From assembly GCA_964016885.1 (NCBI GenBank), contig OZ024747.1, positions 70,246,001 through 70,310,000 on the forward strand: a stretch of DNA of 64,000 nucleotides. Reading direction: 5' to 3'. This stretch comes from Eledone cirrhosa. Lineage: Eukaryota. Below, one piece after another: positions 60,901 to 64,000 of this stretch. The translations under genes and the position numbers were made by a program. The notes under the pieces are model-generated. The model ran no database searches and had not been told where the DNA came from. It was given only the letters and a program-made list of their open reading frames with translations. The first letter of the stretch is position 1; every line of letters begins with the position of its first letter.

Positions 60901-62352
60901 GGGTCACATATGTGTTGTCTGAGGGCCACACACGACAACTAAGTGTTCCACAACATATATGTTCCTGAGCATGACATTTTATAATTAAATAATGAAATAA
61001 ATCAGGTAAAGTATCGTTTGTGACGAGAAAATAGTGGACGGAATGATCTGCGGGTAATCAAACAACGCATCTCCCGTACGGACGCGTCTCTGTAACCTTT
61101 TTTCTTTTTTTCTACGTATTATCTTGCAGGGTAACATTATTCATGAACAGTAAGTCAAATATTAAAAAAATAAATGATTTCTCTTCGTAACCTTTCCAGA
61201 GATTTGCCGGAGGCCAAAGCACATGGCGACAGTCGGGAACAAGAAAATTCTGGAAGCATTATTATTAATATGAACAACGCGGGGGAATTTTAGACAACAT
61301 TTTATATTATACATTAATATTACTTCAGTTGTTCTCAGTCGTGTTTAGACAAATACTCTTTTGTTGTCGCATGCAATATATTCAGCGATTAGCATACGTT
61401 TCCTTTCTCCTTTCTTCTTTTTTTTTATATCAAGTAGTTGGTCAGAAATCCTCTGCCATAACTGAATTGAAGTAACCTTCAAATTCTAATGATCTTACGC
61501 ATATACAATGCTTTATTCTAGGCTTTTAGCAGGTTTATACCATTTTTATGTGTATTTTTCCCAATTAAAGTCCCTTTTCGGAATTTTGTCTCTGTATCAT
61601 TACTTCGATATTTCTCTTAAGTTTTGCCGGTGTTGCTTCGAGTAACACGATTGTCCGCTTTTATTTCATACATTTTTTCGTGTTGAGCAGTTATTCTATC
61701 AAGTCTTGTCCATTTCATGGTCATAAATCACAACAAGTTCGATGTTTGAAATGTTTCCCTGCCGAGGTGTTATTTCAATGTTATAACCGTGCCCTTGCAT
61801 GCATTTCTTTAGAATTAATTCTGTAATAATTTCCTTATGTCAGAAATAAAATATATTGACATATCTGCGTGAACGGATCATTTCGCAAATAGTTAACAAT
61901 CATCAACATTTTAGATATATTTACACGAATGCTTGGTGAGTTCAACCTAATACACTATATATTAATATCCATATTCAGAATAAACGTGACGTTTAATGTT
62001 TTTGTTGTTGTTGTTTTGGTCTTCATTAAATTCATGTTGAAAGCGCTCCGCTTTTGCCTGTAACCTCTTTTTATCAAGCAGTGAATAACTACGACTACAA
62101 AAAGTTTCCCGATAGGACCATTCAGTCTTTGTAGAACAATGTTACCAAATGTGTGCATTCCATGAGACCTATTATGAAAAACGTAACGTACAGAGAGAAA
62201 TAAAGAAAGAAAGAGAGAGAGAGAGAGTGTGGAGGAGTGATGTAAATACATATATATAATGTAGACAATGATATGTTTAAGAAGATGTTTGGCCTTCATT
62301 TTACCTCCCATTTCGCATTGTCTTACCCTTCTTTTGCCACATTATATACTAT

Positions 62353-62356
<4 letters not shown>

Positions 62357-62422
<66 letters not shown>

Positions 62423-62634
62423 AATGAATACATTGCAAATGACCAAGTTAGCTAGGTTGAAAAATACTAAGTTAAAATAATATGGTTTGCCTGTCTCGAT
62501 TTAAAATAATAAATTAATAAAAATAACAAACCTATATTGGCATTGGCCGTGATACTCGCACAAATTCTAACGGCTCGGAAATATTCCCTTCTTTGAGCTA
62601 TTTAATTGTAAAAGACTATTTCGAGTTTATAACT

Positions 62635-62714
<80 letters not shown>
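62357..62714. repeat. Two long (TA)n microsatellites (62357-62416, 62638-62714)
   Basis: Read directly. Confidence 0.95.
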
Positions 62715-62716
<2 letters not shown>

Positions 62717-63167
62717 CAGTGTACTGGTACGATGAATAATAAAATTTATTATGTAGGAGATAATGCGATATTATTTGAAAAATTCTTCTATAACCAGACT
62801 CACTCATTAAAAATTAAAAATACCAGATTTCACCTCCCGTGCCGAGACCGTCTGGAAAATACGGAAGGACTGTATAGATTACACACTGAAAGGGCCAGAA
62901 ATTAGAACACCTTAAAATTGATTGGTGGGCAGCATCAATTCAATTGCACTTAATTACGCCATATACATTTATATCTCTACTAGCCGAACTACTCATCAGT
63001 GATATAATTTATGGAGAAAACTGCATTTCAATATTACTCAATGTAAAATGTAATGCATGAAAATTGGAAAACATTATTTTTGTAATATATCAAATCAATT
63101 ACAATATTAAATCTTATTCTTATTTTGTTTCTTGTAAATAATTTTTTTCAAAATATCAATTCAAAAC

Positions 63168-63419
63168 TTTTGTGAATAGGCATCATATCTTGTCATTTAC
63201 ATTCATATAAATCGAAGGGAAAAACTTTTCAGCGGGGATTTGTGCCCCTGGGGAACCCTAATAGAGGGGTTTAACCCTTATTAGGGTGTCTTAATATTAT
63301 TGAAATTTGCTGATATTTTGTGAATAGGCACTATATCTTCTCATTTACCTATGATTTAAATTTCATATAAATCGATGGGAAAACATTTTCAGCGGGGGTT
63401 TTTGTACCTGGGGAACCCT
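63168..63419. repeat. Imperfect direct repeat of ~92-104 bp (63168-63259 and 63316-63419)
   Basis: Both copies run TTTTGTGAATAGGCA...TTCATATAAATCGA.GGGAAAA...TTTTCAGCGGGG...CCTGGGGAACCCT. Confidence 0.85.
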
Positions 63420-63548
63420 TTGATTAAAATGAAAATTACTTATCCAAGTACCCTGGGAAATGTAGTTTCTAAAATATATATAGTTATGGGGGTCTATATC
63501 CAAAATCATAGGAGGAGTTCGTGAACAAACAGGAAACAATAGGAGTAT

Positions 63549-63621
63549 AGAGTTATGGCCCTTTACGTTCTGAGTCCAAATCTCGCCGAGGTCATGCTGG
63601 CCATGTGCCTAAATCAGAAAT
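63549..63621 (+). mobile_element. Family 1 SINE fragment, 5'-truncated and with the core deleted
   Basis: AGAGTTATGGCCCTTTACGTTCTGAGTCCAAATCTCGCCGAGGTC is joined directly to the tail TGCTGGCCATGTGCCTAAATCAGAAA. Confidence 0.7.
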
Positions 63622-64000
63622 AAGTTTATTATATTATGATATGGTATGGTCACATAGTGTCGTATGGTTTATATACTATACTGATTGTTTATATATTATT
63701 TATCTTACATTTAATATCATTATACACTTAATATCATAGTCTTTGCAATGGCGCATGTGTCCCTTTTATCTAGCCCTTAACACGGTATTTGTTCTCACTT
63801 GACATATAATCATATGATCTATAGCTATCTAATCACTTTCGATACCACCTAGATCACAAACGGGACCATTACAGTGATTTCTCATCCCGTACACATTGGG
63901 TCTACATTTTTAGAGCTATCCTGCCTGAAATAATAGTATACATACAACAAACCGAATTACAAGGAATCGAGTGGCCATGCATATATAAGAATAAAATAAC

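Noticed and set aside
60900-62200. Transposase remnant downstream of the hAT-like terminus
   Set aside because: Partial hand translation gave no recognisable hAT motif, and no right-hand TIR was found.
49345-62480. Short ORFs in the right flank (poly-SL, YI, HT, I, M etc.)
   Set aside because: They overlap microsatellites, SINEs or MITEs and show no protein-like composition or splice evidence.
62960-63010. Other CTGATGA boxes (minus strand ~62,993-62,999; plus strand ~53,775, ~55,405 and ~55,465) as additional hammerheads
   Set aside because: No correctly placed GAAA together with pairing stems I-III.

Overview
Eukaryotic, gene-free, repeat-dominated window; the SINE families, microsatellite density and AT richness suggest a coleoid cephalopod such as Octopus (inference from memory, not searched). 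Bases 1-~49,019 are one satellite array, open at the left edge, built from 9-bp words. Each monomer is CATTATTAA-CATCACTAC followed by 1-4 copies of CACTATCA[A/C/G] (27-54 bp, a few longer), and monomers are organised into kb-scale higher-order duplications (periods 2664, 2070, 2079, 1656 bp). Almost all giant ORFs in the track are by-products of this triplet-based repeat. The right 15 kb holds tRNA-derived SINEs (several with clear target-site duplications), a hAT-like MITE, a decayed CRE-type non-LTR reverse transcriptase, an inverted pair of elements carrying tRNA-like heads, and many microsatellites. The most notable signal is at ~60.05-60.75 kb: two fold-back palindromes sit in (TA)n tracts. 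The first has 155-bp perfect arms and carries a complete type I hammerhead ribozyme fold on each strand; the second carries a partial hammerhead. This resembles Penelope-like-element-derived, ribozyme-bearing palindromic inserts. No host protein-coding gene could be supported.
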